Shown here: positions 33,821 through 47,568 of the stretch, one piece after another
Layout: the number at the start of each line of letters is the position of its first letter
How positions within the stretch are numbered: position 1 is the stretch's first letter
Origin: the human T2T-CHM13v2.0 reference genome, Homo sapiens
Assembly (NCBI RefSeq): GCF_009914755.1
Contig: NC_060929.1
DNA length: 64,000 nt
Direction: 5' to 3' (one strand)
The notes under the pieces: generated by a model
Database searches by the model: none
Seen by the model: only the letters and a program-made list of their open reading frames with translations
Told to the model about the DNA's origin: nothing
Made by a program: the position numbers and the translations under genes

Positions 33821-34298
33821 CTGAAGAAAAGTTAATTAACAGAAATAAGCAGGACATTATCAAATTAATAGTTTTAAAAGTAATTAAAAATAATACAACA
33901 CATTTCCCACTGAAAAGATACAAACTACTGGATGCACAATGAATGCCTTCAAATTTGATGTCAAAGGCTTTTAACTAATGTTATGACTTTGTAACACATT
34001 CCATCATTTTCTCCTATAGATTTCTAAAAAAGAACTATAATGCAGATCAATATTCAAGAGAAAATGGAAGCTAGAGGGAAATCCTTTAATCAATGGTATT
34101 ATATCTGAAAAGGTTATGCTGATACATAGGGAGATAAGGAAGTTGCTCAAGAATTGTTAAGTAAGATACATTATTGTTGAAGCAGCCATTCAAGAATCGC
34201 TAAAGAAATGATTTATGAAATCTTGGATATTCCCAAATATGTGACCTTGGGAAAGATTTATTTTGGTTATTTACATATCTCTATTAGTGAGCAATTAC

Positions 34299-34394
34299 CG
34301 TAAGAACTCTATGATATTTATATACAGATTTTGAAAATTTTGCGTAGATCTATTTCGTCCCTTCCAGGCAATAAAATTTCCATAATATCAAAAA
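34299..34394 (-). pseudogene. Candidate exon (96 nt, one TGA)
   Basis: tttttgttcctttttag| ... CG|GTAATT; phase 2-2 F*YYGNFIAWKGRNRSTQNFQNLYINIIEFLR. Confidence 0.6.
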
Positions 34395-36049
34395 CTAAAA
34401 AGGAACAAAAATCAACCTCTTCATTTCATTTCACTTGTTTTTTCTATGGAGATCATCACTCCTCTGGGAGGGTAGGAACGTGGGAGGAGGGTCCTGTACA
34501 TAATAAATATTTACACCATTATTGTTCCCACAGTTCTGAATATGGGAAAGAACAATATCCATACAGTCTAGCATCTTTCAAGAGATCATTTTTCTAAGTT
34601 CCTAAAAATTAAGTCAAAGATAATTTATTCTTTTCTAGTAAATATTAGATAAAATTATATTTGTTTTTTATCTACATCTTTCTCCCAAAGAGAGGTAAAA
34701 CTCAAAAATGAATTACTTTCTAACTCAGATCTCATAGTGGCAACTCTAGAGAGTAGTATTACAAAATAGGTTTAAAAATTTACTGGTTTCAAATGTGACT
34801 GTTTTTCAAGTGTCCAGAAAAAATAAAGGAAACCTCCAAATTTAATGTAACCATATGGATGTACTAACTAAACATTCCCTAAAATAGAAACTTGAACTCT
34901 CCAATAAACATATTATGCCTTTAAATATCTGAGGGTGAATTAAAATTTACTTTTGTAATGTGAAAAGTATTAGTTTATTACAACCATTATTCTTTCTATA
35001 TGCAAAATATTCCCAGAATCATCCTCCAGACTAATATCTCCTCCTTATTGTTTCCCTAACTCTTGTTTGATATATCATTTTTAAGAAACCTGACCCATTT
35101 TGTACATATTTAATCAGAAATTCAAAAAAGTACATTCAAGATAGCTAGAGCAATAATTCCAAATCTCTTTAAATTCTCTATTTCCCCTAGATAATTCCAC
35201 AAGTAAAAATTTTGAATTGTGATGGGTCATGGAGAATTCTGTTGGTCATGAAAATGGTTCAATATCAGATAATAATCTGCATTGTTGTAGAATAAAATCT
35301 TAGGGCTTAATGGATAAATGCTCGTGAGATAGACCCTGACCCTGAAGTTCAGGTTCCCATTTCAGATAAGCAGCAGATCCACATCTTGTTCTAAAACGTA
35401 CCAGTAGCAAGCTGAGCAAGATATTCAGAAAACAGGACACTGCTATAAGCAGTCACTAAAAGGGAGTTGACCAGTATTGCTCTCTTATGCAGCATTTCAT
35501 TCTTCTTAATGAAGCAGAGTAAATAGCGGGAAAGGAGACACATTTTCCTCATTGGGCATCACTACCTTGGTAGCTTTCTAGTCTATTCAACAAATATTAA
35601 CAGTCTAGTAATTATGGAAGCACTTTACGCTTGCCTTACTGGGCATGCCACATCTGAGAAGTGGCAGGACAGTGAGTAATCCAATCCATCAAGAATGTTC
35701 AGCCATTTAGAGCACCACTAAATGCCCAAATAAAAACAAGTTCTATTAGCATTTTTATCAAATATTCATGAAACCTGTAGTTTCCACTGAATACATTTTT
35801 TATTAGAGAAAAACAGGAAGGTAGTATAACTTTAATATCAGTGTCAAGAGAGAGAGAGTTTGCAGGGCAATCCCACTGATTAAAAGAGTTGCAATCCTCC
35901 AAAAGCTTTCTTTGTACTGAAGAATGAATTAAATGAATCATGACCAAGTTGTATATTTCAGGAATGCCAGGTTACATCAAATTGGAATAATTAATGTATT
36001 GAGATAAAATGTGGAATAAACATAAAATCTTTTAAATTAGGGGTCCCAA

Positions 36050-36348
36050 GGCAGGGTGCAGTGGCTCACACCTGTAATCCCAGCACTTTGGGAGGCTAAG
36101 GTGGGCAGATCATGAGGTCAGGAGATCGAGACCACCCTGGCTAACAAGTTGAAACCCCGTCTCTACTAAAAATACGAAAAAATTAGCCGGGCGTTGTGGT
36201 GGGCACCTGTAGTCCCAGCTACTCAGGAGGCTGAGGCAGGAGAATGACGTGAACCCGGGAGGCAGAGCTTGCAGTGAGCCGAGATTGCACCACTGCATGC
36301 CAGCCTTGGTGACACAGTGAGACTCCGTCTCAAAAAAAAAAAAAAAAA
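36050..36348 (+). mobile_element. AluY
   Basis: gagatcgagaccaccctggctaac, gacgtgaacccgggaggcagagcttgcagtg; A tail. Confidence 0.93.
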
Positions 36349-37037
36349 GGATACCAAATGGCATTATATCTATTTTTAATGATTCATTCTTTTAAATATC
36401 TAAAGCAAGTATAACAAAATATTATCATTAAAGTTGCTTAGTATGTACACAAGTGTTCATTATATTTATCTCTGAATTTATGTTTGAAAAAATATGATAA
36501 ACTTATTTTAATGAATTACAAGCTTCAAAAATTATAAATACATATGTTTTAAAACATTTAAAAAGGATATACAGTAATAACAAAATTTATAATAATGGAA
36601 ATGTATCTATTTCCTCTTTTCCAACACCCAATTGTTCTCCCAAGAAAAGTCAATTTCAATTACATTAGCTGGATCTTCTATCTTGCTAAATAATATGCCT
36701 TCACAGTTATTTCTTGGTATATTGATTTTTAGAGTTTACCAGTTGATAATTATTTGGCATCCTTCCAGATGCACACACTTTAAGTCCAAGTGTAATTATA
36801 TCTTTATTTTAATACCTGTATTATTTATCTTTGAAGATTTTTACACACCTGTATTTTTTTGCCTTATCAACTATAGATAAAATCTTTCAACCACAGAACT
36901 TTTGTGAATGAAGATCTTTGTATACCAACTCTTCTCTCTACTCCCTCCCAGTTGCTGTCTTATTCACTCTTACGTTGTCAGACTTTGTTAGCTGAAACCA
37001 GATCTAACCCTTGCAATGATACTTAAGGCCTCCATGA

Positions 37038-37173
37038 TTTGCTTTAGGGTGCGGCCTAAACATAAAAAATCAGTCTCCAATATCTTTATCACCGTGATTA
37101 GTATACTCTGTGCTTTGCCTTAGGGTGGAGCCTAACAATGGAAAACCAGTCTCCAATATCTTTGTCATCATGA
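37038..37173. repeat. Diverged tandem duplication, about 60-bp unit with 76-bp period
   Basis: tttgctttagggtg..cagtctccaatatctttatcaccgtga versus tttgccttagggtg..cagtctccaatatctttgtcatcatga. Confidence 0.85.
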
Positions 37174-37177
37174 AATG

Positions 37178-37490
37178 TCCAAAGTGGCTCCTTGTCACCC
37201 ATGTCTGGAGGCTGGGCTGGGATAATTGTAACAGATTGAGGAGGTCGATCATAGCTCTCTCTTCTTGTGTCCTCTCCACGTGGCTAGCTTAGGCTTCCTC
37301 ACATATTGGCCATCTTGGGATAGTCCTCCTTATAATGTGGCTGTTGGATTCACCCCAAGTGAATGTTTCAAGAAACCAAGGCAGAAGCTGAGGACTCATG
37401 ATTTAGCTTCAGACGTCATGAAGCATCACTTCTGCCACAGTCTGTTAATAACACAGGGCCAGCTCAGGTTCAAAGACTAGGAAGTTTAAC
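37178..37490 (-). mobile_element. MLT1 (H/G-like) LTR fragment
   Basis: ctccacgtggctagcttaggcttcctcaca..aaccaaggcagaagctg..catcacttctgccaca. Confidence 0.7.
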
Positions 37491-37571
37491 TCATTTAGGG
37501 TTATCTTTGGATGAATACACATCAGAACTCAGATAGGTTGACTCTATTTTTTTGTAGTATCCAATGATTTT

Positions 37572-37694
37572 ATTTTTTTCCATTTTCTTTCAATAGGTTT
37601 TTAGGGAACAGGTGATGTTTGGTTACATGAATAAGTTCTTTAGTGGTGATTTCTGAGATTTTGGTGCACCCATCACCCAACCAGTGTACACTAT
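37572..37694 (-). mobile_element. L1PB 3'-terminal insertion of about 120 bp
   Basis: caataggtttttagggaacaggtgatgtttggttacatgaataagttctttagtggtg; 17-bp TSD tagtatccaRtgatttt. Confidence 0.9.
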
Positions 37695-37978
37695 TAGTAT
37701 CCAGTGATTTTCATACAATATATGTTACTAGTCAGATTTCTTATTCCTTCATGGAAGATTCTTAAAGTTCAAGTATATTTTCTTTACATTTGTGTCTGCA
37801 CTGGCATATTAAAGGTACTCAAATATTTAATGTACAATTAAACCTGATTGCAAAAATTTGCTTTTGGTCCTCTTTATTTTAGCCTGGGTTCTTCAAAACA
37901 GACATTCTGATGTCTCAGTAATAATATAACATAATTTTACTATTTCTTACATTAAGAGCCACAATATCTCAAACTCAC

Positions 37979-38101
37979 CTGGTCTCTTCTTGTTTGCTAA
38001 CGAGGGTTAGCAATCTAGCCTCGTGATAGCCTTTGGAGAGGCATTGGTTTCTTTTTGTTCTTCCTTGGAGGCAATTTCCTTTCTTGAAGTCAAATTTCTC
38101 T
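37979..38101 (-). pseudogene. Candidate exon (123 nt, open)
   Basis: Consensus sites ttatttgtcttttccag| ... CAG|GTGAGT; phase 2-2 EKFDFKKGNCLQGRTKRNQCLSKGYHEARLLTLVSKQEET. Confidence 0.65.
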
Positions 38102-38972
38102 CTGGAAAAGACAAATAAGCAAACCAACAAATAACTCTCTTTTCTCTGTTGACATTTATACTGAGGCCTGGCATTACCACTGCATCAGCTGCTTTCAATT
38201 AAGTTTTTCAGGCTGTTGCTGGATAAATGAGTAAACATCTTGCTTTCCAAAATGGCCCCAAATGTTTTAAACATCAACCAACATTATATAAACAATTTAA
38301 TGCAACAATTACAGTTTAAACAGTTTTTTTCACTATATACACCTAGTAGCTTAACCTTCTTCTTACCCAGTACTCTCCCTGCCAAATTCAAGCTAATTAC
38401 CTCAATTACATTTTTAATGTTTGCTTTGTTCAGCCTATTTCTGTAATAAACAAGATTTTTTGTATAATTTCAGGTGGCACTTTTCATATTAATATATTAG
38501 CAAATTTAGTTACCAACTACAGAACACTTGAGTTAAGTAAGAAAAATCCCTGAAATAGATTTCTTTTTCATTTTGAAATGTATTTACTCATTGGGATGCA
38601 ACATCTCATTTACAGGAGTGACCTGTGGTAACTCCCAGTGAGTGTTCGGGGGCTGATAAATTCATTCCAATAAGTCTGCACTCAAATTAGCATAAAAAAG
38701 ACAATTTTAATCATTTACCAGAGAGCTTTCTTTTGTGCATGGAAGCAACAGTAGTACTTATGTATTTGTGCAGCCCAATAATAACATTTGAAAATAACAG
38801 CCCTTGGTCTCTCTTTAAGGTCCAAGAAAAAAGCAGGCTGCCAAAAGAAATAAAAAATCCTTTAGGAGAGGAAATTAGACTTACAAGCTAAACAGATTTT
38901 AAAGAGATTTTGAACAATGCTGATTAAAGACAGGGGCATTAAGGAGATTAACTTTAAAAAATAAAGATAATT

Positions 38973-39290
<318 letters not shown>

Positions 39291-40499
39291 AAATAAAGAG
39301 AATTAAAAATACATAGAAATATCCAAAATGAATTTACCTATCTTTAAGATAAAGAGCTAGTCAAAGCCTTCAAGAAAGGAGAATACTGGACATTTGTTGG
39401 CTTCCATGATATTCCGAGAGGAGACGAAAGAAGACAACAGACAATAGAGAAGTATCATGAACAGAGCATCTCTCCTAAGGGTGGGAAAACACCATGCCAT
39501 CTATTACTGTGTCTATTTCTATATGTCAGAAGACTAAAGGCTCTGTCAAGGGTTTAAGCACAATATCTACAGTTACACAGTAAGCAAAGTATTATAACAT
39601 TTACATTTTATCATTGAATAACAATAGTACACATCTAGATGGGGAATAGAGTTTTGGTTGTGTTTTTGTTTTTTTCCCTAGCTTAGAAAACAGAGTGAGT
39701 TAGGCCAATGTAGCATATATTGCCCAAAGTCACAAACCCTGTAAGCAGCAACATGAGGACATGAGTCCATGTCTTCAGATTAATTTCAGTTTTCTTAGTT
39801 TCTAGTTACATGTGATCCTGAGAAATGCATGCCTTGTCATATGCTATAACAGGTAATGGAGAAAAATCAGGGAATCTTCTCTGTTTAGTCATTGAGTCTG
39901 GGTAATGTGAAGTCTATGCCTCCTAAATGCATAGAGCATATCCATTTTTTACTGGAAGGATGAATTCTATTCCAAATCCACATTAGTTTCTCTCCATAGA
40001 TTGTTAGTACTGGCAACAAGTTTCCTATTAATTGTCTGGCTTTCCTCAACAGAAAAACTGAGATCCAGGTAAAATAAATGATCTGATACAGCAGATTAAT
40101 GGCAAAGCCTGGACCATAATCCACCTCTCAGCTTTCTCTTCATTGCTCTACACTGTTTTCTTGTTTTTGCTTCATTCAGAGAACTTCAGTTTAGAGAGAA
40201 AAACTAAAATTTCATTTTAAAAAATAACTTTTCTCTTAAATGGGAGAGGCAAACTTTGTGACACTTTCATTTGTGTGAACAAAAACATATCAGGAGAACA
40301 TGTTTCAAATTCTATGCTTTACCCGAAGGAGACAAATCTAGAAGCTTTATGATTCCAGAGTTATAATTATATGAGATAGATAATTATCTTCAAGAAATTA
40401 ACTTTCCGGCCATCACTCAGCAATAATTAAACATATATTTTAATTGAGCTAATGTAGAAAAAAATAAAGGAAACGTTTAGAAGATAAAACTATATATTT

Positions 40500-42633
40500 T
40501 AAGAGCCATCTGTGACAGAACCACAGCCAACACATACTGAATGAGTAAAAGCTCAAAGCATTCCCTTTGAAAACAAAAACAAGACAAAGATGCCCTCTCT
40601 CACCACAACTATTCAAAATAGTACTGGAAGTCCCAGCCACACCAATCAGGCAAGATAAAACAATCAAAGGCATCCAAATAGGAAGAGAGAAAATGAAACT
40701 ATTTTTTTTTTAAATGATATGATTCTATACCTAGAAAACCCCATAGTCTCTGTCCAAAGGTTCCCAGATCTGATAAATAGCTTCAGCAAAGTTTCAGGAA
40801 ACAAAATCAGTGTATGAAAACCAGTAGCATTTCTATACACCAACAACATACAAGTTGAAAGCCAAATCAAGAATGCAGTTCCATTCACAATAGCCACAAA
40901 AATAATAAAATACCTAGGAATACAGATAAACAGGAAGGTGAATGATCTCTACAAAAAGAATTACAAAACACTGCTAAAAGAAACTCAAGTTGACACAAAC
41001 AAATGGAAAAGCATTCCATGCTCATGAATAGGAAGAATCAATATTGTTAAAATGGTCATACTACGCAAAGCAATTTACAGATTCAATGCTGTTTCTATCA
41101 AACTAACAATGACATTCTTCACAGAATTAGAAAAAAAAACTGTTTTAAAATTCACGTGGAACCAAAAAAGAGCCCGAATAGCCAAGGCAATCCTGAGCAA
41201 AAAGAACAAAGCTGGAGGCATTACCTTACCTGACGTCAAGCTATACTACAAGGCTCCAGCAAACAAAACAGCATGGTATAGGTACAAAAATAGATACACA
41301 GACCAGTGGAACAGAATAGAGAGTCCAGAAATAATGTTACACACCAATCACCATCTGACAAAGTTAACAAAAACAAGCAATGGGAAAAGGACTCCCTATT
41401 CAATATATGATGCTGGGATACCTGGCTAACCATATGCAGAAGATTGAAACTGGCCCCCTTCCTTACACCATATACAAAAATCAACTCAAGATGGAGTAAA
41501 GACTTAAATGTAAAACCCAAAACTGTAAAAACCTTGGAGGATAACCTAGGAAATATTATTCTGGACATAGGATCTGGCAAAGATTTCATAATGGAGATGC
41601 CAAAAGCAATTGCAACATAAAAAAAAATTGGGAAATGGGACCTAATTGGAGTAAAGAGCTTTTGCATAGCAAAAGAAACTATCAATAAACAGAAAACCTA
41701 CAGAATGGGAGAATACATTTGCAAACTATGCATCTGACAAAGGTCTAATATCCAAAATCTATAACGAACTTAAGCAAATTAACAAGCAAAAGACAAACCA
41801 CCCCATTAAAAAGTGGATATGAACAGATAATTTTCAAAATAAGATGTTCATTTAGCCAACAAATATATGAAAAAATGCTTAACATCACAAATCACTACAG
41901 AACTGCAAATCAAAACCACAGTGAGATGCCATCTCACACCAGTTAGAATGGCTATGATTAAAAAAATCAAAGAATAACAGATGCTGATGAGGTTGTAGAG
42001 AAAAGGGAGCACTAGTACACTACTGGTAGGAATGTAAATTGTTTCAGCCTTTGTGGAAAGCAGATTGGCAATTTCTCAAAGAACTTAAAACAGAATTACC
42101 AGTTGACCCAGCAATCCCATTATTGGGTATACACCCAAAGGAATATAAATCATTCTACCATAAAGGCCCATGCACACATATGTTCATTCCAGCACTATTC
42201 ACAATAACAAAGATATGGAATCAACCTCAACGCCCATCAACAGTAGACTGGATAAAGAAGATGTAGTACATATACACCATATATGAAATACTATACAACC
42301 ATAATAAAGAATGAAATCATATCCTTTGCGGCAGCATGAATGGAGCTAGACACCATTATCCTAAGCGAACTAACATAGGAACAGAAAATAAAATACTGCA
42401 TGTTCTCACTTATAAATGGGAGCTAAACATTGAGTACACATGGACACAAAGAAGGGAACAACAGACACTGGGGCCTTAAGGGTGAAGGACTGGAGGAGGG
42501 TGAGGATCAAAAAACTATCTGGTACTGTGCTTATTACCTGGGTTACAAAATCTGAACACCAAACAAACCCCTGTGACATGCAATTTACCTACAGAACAAA
42601 TCTACACATGTACCCTTGAACATAAAAGTTTTA
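40500..42633 (+). mobile_element. L1PA15/16-like LINE, 5'-truncated (RT to 3' UTR)
   Basis: [25 protein letters not shown]; 3' UTR ggaggagggtgaggatcaaaaaacta; TSD aaaactatataWttt at 40486 and 42634. Confidence 0.9.
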
Positions 42634-43018
42634 AAAACTATATAATTTAAACCATAGCTCTACAAATTATGTTATAACAGCATAAGTGAGACAATTAAAA
42701 CCTCACTTGAAAAACATTAATATGGCAGAAAATTCATGATATGATATTAATGGTGTGTACTTTCTATAGAAAAGAGATAATGGAGGGATAAAATGGAAGA
42801 CAAAATGCTTGGGTTTCAAGAGGCCACGTGGAAACATAGAGTATAACCTTTTTGCGATAAATATGTATTGAAATAACTAGACAAAAATGGTCATGTTATA
42901 TAAAGACAATTGAAAATCAGAACATTGATATCTGATTTAAGACCACAAGGTATCATCTGGCTCAGCCCTTAGCCTTTGGATAACTCTATGTTCTAGAAAA
43001 AGCCATGGAGGTTAAAAA

Positions 43019-43260
43019 ATATTATGAATATTAGCATCTAGGAGATACTCAATATGCACTTATAGATGAGTTTAAGTGAATTCTTCAAGGTATTTGTCAA
43101 AAAGAAAGACCTCTTGACTACGAAAAAGAATAAAAGATCTCTCCTATGCTTCAGGCAGAGTTCAAACTAGACCATTAGATCTATTTTTGAGCTTGACTTC
43201 TAGGTGTCAACTTCACTCTCAGGCAGACCCCCTTCTGATGGCAATAGAGTGCAGTGGTCC
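43019..43260 (+). repeat. Copy 1 of a local direct duplication of about 240 bp (copy 2 at 48351-48592)
   Basis: Shared colinear blocks ggagatact, aaggtatttg, gaaagacctctt, aagatctctc, ttcaggcagag, ttagatcta, tgtcaacttcac, cccttctgatggca. Confidence 0.85.
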
Positions 43261-43595
43261 TGTCTCACATAACCAGAGCTCCAAATCTAGAGGAAGGAAA
43301 TATTTTCTTATAGCTCTTCCAGAAACCAAAGAACTTTACGTTCATGAAAATCTCAGCAAGTTTCCTTGACTCTCATTGTATCTCACTGCATTAGGTTTCA
43401 AGTCCAGCCTTTCACTGTGGACATGGGATGGCTATATTAATTAGCTGAAACTAAATGAGAATCTTTAATTGGAAACTGAGGTAGGGTCAGTTCTAAGAGA
43501 TCATGTGGCCAAAAATGAAAATAGTTAAATTCATGTAGGAAGATGAGAATATTAATGGCAGTAAAAAGGGGAGAAAGGATGATGGGAATATGTTT
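43200..43595 (-). mobile_element. MLT1J/K-like LTR fragment
   Basis: cttcactctcaggcag..tctcattg..tcactgtgg..gggatgg..ggaaactgaggtagggtcag. Confidence 0.55.
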
Positions 43596-44427
43596 TAGGT
43601 TAATACTAGTGGCTCTAACAAAGAAATAAAACAGTGCAAAATGATTCAAACTCCCTACAGTGAACAGATAAAATGAAAAGCTCTCAGACACTAGGTCTGT
43701 GCAGCCTCTGCCGTCTTCAACATATGCTTCCCGAGGTGTCCTTGAACATCTTCTTTATCACAGCCTTCCAAAGGGGAATGGATCATGGGGGAAAGGCTAT
43801 GAAAGGATACTTTTAAACTTTCTCAACTGAAGTACAATATAAAAACAGAAAAGTTTATAAAGTATAAGTATATTGCTTGGTGAATCATCACCCATATGAT
43901 CCCCATTCAGGCCAAGAAACAGAAGACGCTCAGGCTGAAGACGCCCCTTGTCATCTTTGCCCAATCACCCCAACTGGTGACTTCTAACACAATAGATTAC
44001 TTTTGTCTCTTTATGCACTTTAGATCAGTGGGCATGAGAGGATTTGATGGCCAGGTTTAAAGTGGTGTTTGTTACTTCTGCTTAAATTCCACTGGCCAGG
44101 ATTCAGTCACATAGACATGCCTGCCTGCAAGAAGAGTTGGAAAACATAGTTCACTCAGACTGTGTTGAGTAGCTAGCTACGGGAGACAGTCAGCAAACAT
44201 CTATTGTAGTCCTTGTGAGTATCTTCTAATTATCCTTACCTCCCAAGATCTTAGCACAATCAGGATCCAGGAACAAAGCTGCAAGAACATATAGTCATCC
44301 ATTCCAAAGCCAAGAAAGAGATAACTGTAAATACTAATGCTTAAATATTTTGTGCCTATCAAAACTGAGCTACTTTTAAGTAACTTTTAAACAGAATGGA
44401 AGTTATCTCTATAAGATCACTGTCTTA

Positions 44428-44477
44428 CATATATATATATATATATACACATATATATACACATATATATATATACG

Positions 44478-44521
<44 letters not shown>

Positions 44522-44529
44522 TATATATG
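44428..44529. repeat. Compound (TA)n/(CA)n microsatellite
   Basis: Directly visible. Confidence 0.95.
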
Positions 44530-44918
44530 GTACAGGACCTATTTTTTTATTTGAAGTAGTATGGATTTTTTTATTTATATTTTATTTTTTATTTATATTT
44601 TATTTTATTTATATACATGTAAGAAATATACTACAGAATATATTAACTTCATATATATTAACTTCAAAATACATATGTATATTGAAGTATATGTGTGTGT
44701 GTATATATATATATATATATTTGAAGTTAAAAGAAAAAGAAAGGAGAAACAAAGAAGAGTCAGCTAATCTTCCATGAATTTTCCAAGAGAAAGAGTCACA
44801 TATATGGATATCTTGGTTATAGATGTTTAGTGAGAAAAAAGTGAATAGCAAATATTGCCTTGGCAAATTCCTTGACTATTTTGTTCTAATTCATCTCTCA
44901 AATGTTACATTTTACAAT

Positions 44919-45288
44919 TGTAATAGACTGAATTATGTTCCCCCCCAGTTCAGGGGTTAAAGCCCTAATGCCCAGTGTGACCATATTTGGAGATAAGGTC
45001 TTTACTGAGGGAATTAAAACAACAAGGTCAAAAGTGTGGGGTCCTAATCCAATAGGACTGGTGTCCATCTAAGAAGAAGAGACACCAGGAGTGGGTATGC
45101 ACAATGGAAAGGCCATGTAAGAACTCAGAAATCCAAGCCAAGGACAGAGGTATCACCAGAAACCAACCCTGCCAGCACTCTGATCTTGGACTTCTAGCCT
45201 CCAGAACTGTGAGAAAATCAATTTCTGTACTTTAAGCCATCCAGTTTGTGGGATTATATTATGGCAGCCCTGGAAGACGTATATAACA
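44919..45288 (+). mobile_element. MLT1A-like solo LTR
   Basis: tgtaatagactgaatt..cctaatccaataggactggtgtcc..gatcttggacttctagcctccagaactgtgaga. Confidence 0.85.
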
Positions 45289-46140
45289 GTCCTCCGGAAA
45301 ACTGAGTAAAATCACTTTTTTCTTTGACATGTTTCTCACCCTTCTTTGTCTAATTGGTATCCCCAGCCATAATTCCCTTCACTTTTCCCTTTTCTTATAT
45401 GTGTTTCACTCTGCCTATCTGTGAAACTTCCTTGAACATTTCAGTTCGCCATAAAGTCACTCAACACCCCTGCTGTTTTATGATCTACATGAAACTAGCT
45501 ATAATCCTATAATTCCCAGTGTCTACCTTTCTGCATATGAGCCCTATCTCTCTAGTCAGCCTAGCTTCATGAGTTCATGGAATAGGTGTCAGTCAACTGA
45601 AAAACATTTGTACATTGCTACAGGTAGAACATATCCTCAGAGAGATTTCAGTTTAGGTGAGGAAGCAGTTGCATTTGACTTTGAAGGGGGTAGATATTTC
45701 ATAAACAGAGGCGCTTAATAACGCTCTTAGCCATACTACATTGTTGTCTTAGTAAAAGCTCAGAAATTTATAAGATAAATATTTCAAATATGAGAAAACA
45801 TTTAGAATGGTTTATTAACTTATCTAAAATTGCACAACTTATTAATGGCATATTTTTTCATGATTTTTAAACTATAGCACACTAGCATCTCATATACCAT
45901 ACCATCTTTTTAAATGTTTGTAAGAAAAAATTCTGGGCCTATCATTGCTTTCTTCTTCCTTTAAGATCAAACTGACCTAAGATTAACCAACAATGAATTA
46001 TATTTGGGTACCAGCATTCTAAAAACCTTAGGATCAGAGGATTTTAAATGGTGATTTCCTCAAGAATACAACAAAGTTATTCTTTAGTTCATTTGTTTGT
46101 CCTCTCTTGCTGGAGGTGTGTCACTATGTCACTGAGATAC

Positions 46141-46195
46141 CTACAAATATCTTTGCAACCAGGACTTTCAACGTTCAAAAAAATGTAGTTGTTAT
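46141..46195 (-). pseudogene. Candidate exon (55 nt, open)
   Basis: ctctctcccttggacatttttag| ... TAG|GTATCT; phase 1-2 YNNYIFLNVESPGCKDIC. Confidence 0.55.
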
Positions 46196-46630
46196 CTAAA
46201 AATGTCCAAGGGAGAGAGTCACATAGTAAAAAGGCTTTGATTAACACAGCTAAAAGCCTTTCTAACTATATTACAGTGAAGCATGTACGTTGGGTTTTCA
46301 GTTTCAAGAGCACTTTCATTTAGAAAAAAAAAATGTATACAATATGGAGTTATAGACACAAACCCTGGGCTTAACTGCAGTCATATTGTACGTTTGTATT
46401 CAACCCAATTGATTTAGTTTACTACAGCAGAGAACTGTCAACTGCTTTGCCCTTCAGCCTAATTTTGGTAGTGTTAGCTACGTAATTCTGTAATTCAATT
46501 TACTGAATACCAACACTAGGATAAGGGGAAGTTTGGAGAATCACATATTTCTTATCTCACAAGTCCCCTACCTATAAATGATTTTTTGCTCAAAAAGACT
46601 CAAAGGCTCTTTATTATAAAGAATAATTCC

Positions 46631-46912
46631 TGTCGGGCTTGGTGGCTCACGCCTGTAATCCCAATACTTTGAAAGGCCAAGGCGGTGGATCACTTGAGGT
46701 CAGGATTTCGAGACCAGCCTGGCCAACATGGCAAAACCCTGTCTCTACTAAAAATATAAACATTAGCCAGGCATAGTGGTGCATGTCTGTAATCCCAGCT
46801 ACTCGGGAGACTGAGAGAATAGCTTGAACCTGGAAGGTGAAGGTTGCAGTGAGCCAAAAGTGTGCCTCTGCACTCCAGCCTGGGTGACAGAGTGAGACTC
46901 TGTCTCAAAAAA
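46631..46912 (+). mobile_element. AluS (Sz/Sx-like)
   Basis: Full dimer with small internal deletions; AT-rich tail. Confidence 0.92.
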
Positions 46913-47438
46913 TATATATATAATAATAGTAATAATAATTTCCAAGAAAGAATAAAATAATGTTAAAGGTCTAGTCTGGAAGCTTTGTGGCTAAATATTT
47001 ACTGGGTTGTATGTTCCTGCATTTTGAGGTTGATGGAAAATATGAGGACAATAGTTGTCTTTTTCTTTTAAACTATGTTACAGCTTTAACAGTCATCTTG
47101 TTCATTTGAAATCTGCCTGTAAAAATGTTTCCCAAATCAGAAGTCCTCTTGAAATCAATTCTGAAGTAAGTTAGAGCTTCAGAGGCCCATTAGTTCATAA
47201 TTGTGCTATTTCCATTATGGCTAATGCTTTGGGTTTTCAAAATGTAGTGACCCCATTCTCTTCCCACACCCACTCCTCCAATCTATTTGAAGGTTTGCTT
47301 TCAGGTAGTTTCTGCCAACAATATCAGTTATTATTAAACAGTTGTCATTCTTCTCTCTCCGACCCTCCTGATATTTGTTTATAAAAATCCAAATTATTTC
47401 AAATTACTTCAAATAAAAAAATAGGTCCTGTGCCTTAC

Positions 47439-47568
47439 AAACAAGCCTGAGTCTAACAATAATTCCAAATATATCCAAAGCTTCAATTTTACTCGGTTGC
47501 AACGTTAACATTCCTATAGATTGCCCCAGGCCTTCATATATGTTAGACACACATAACTGCAATGTATC
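47439..47568 (-). pseudogene. Candidate exon (130 nt, open)
   Basis: tatttaatcttgcag| ... TT|GTAAGG; phase 0-1 DTLQLCVSNIYEGLGQSIGMLTLQPSKIEALDIFGIIVRLRLV, within track ORF 47404..47607. Confidence 0.6.

Noticed and set aside
47439-47568. PLAT/LH2 domain reading of IEALDIFGIIVRLRLVYNN
   Set aside because: It lacks the GTDANV and GWxL motifs, and neighbouring exons do not continue the pattern.
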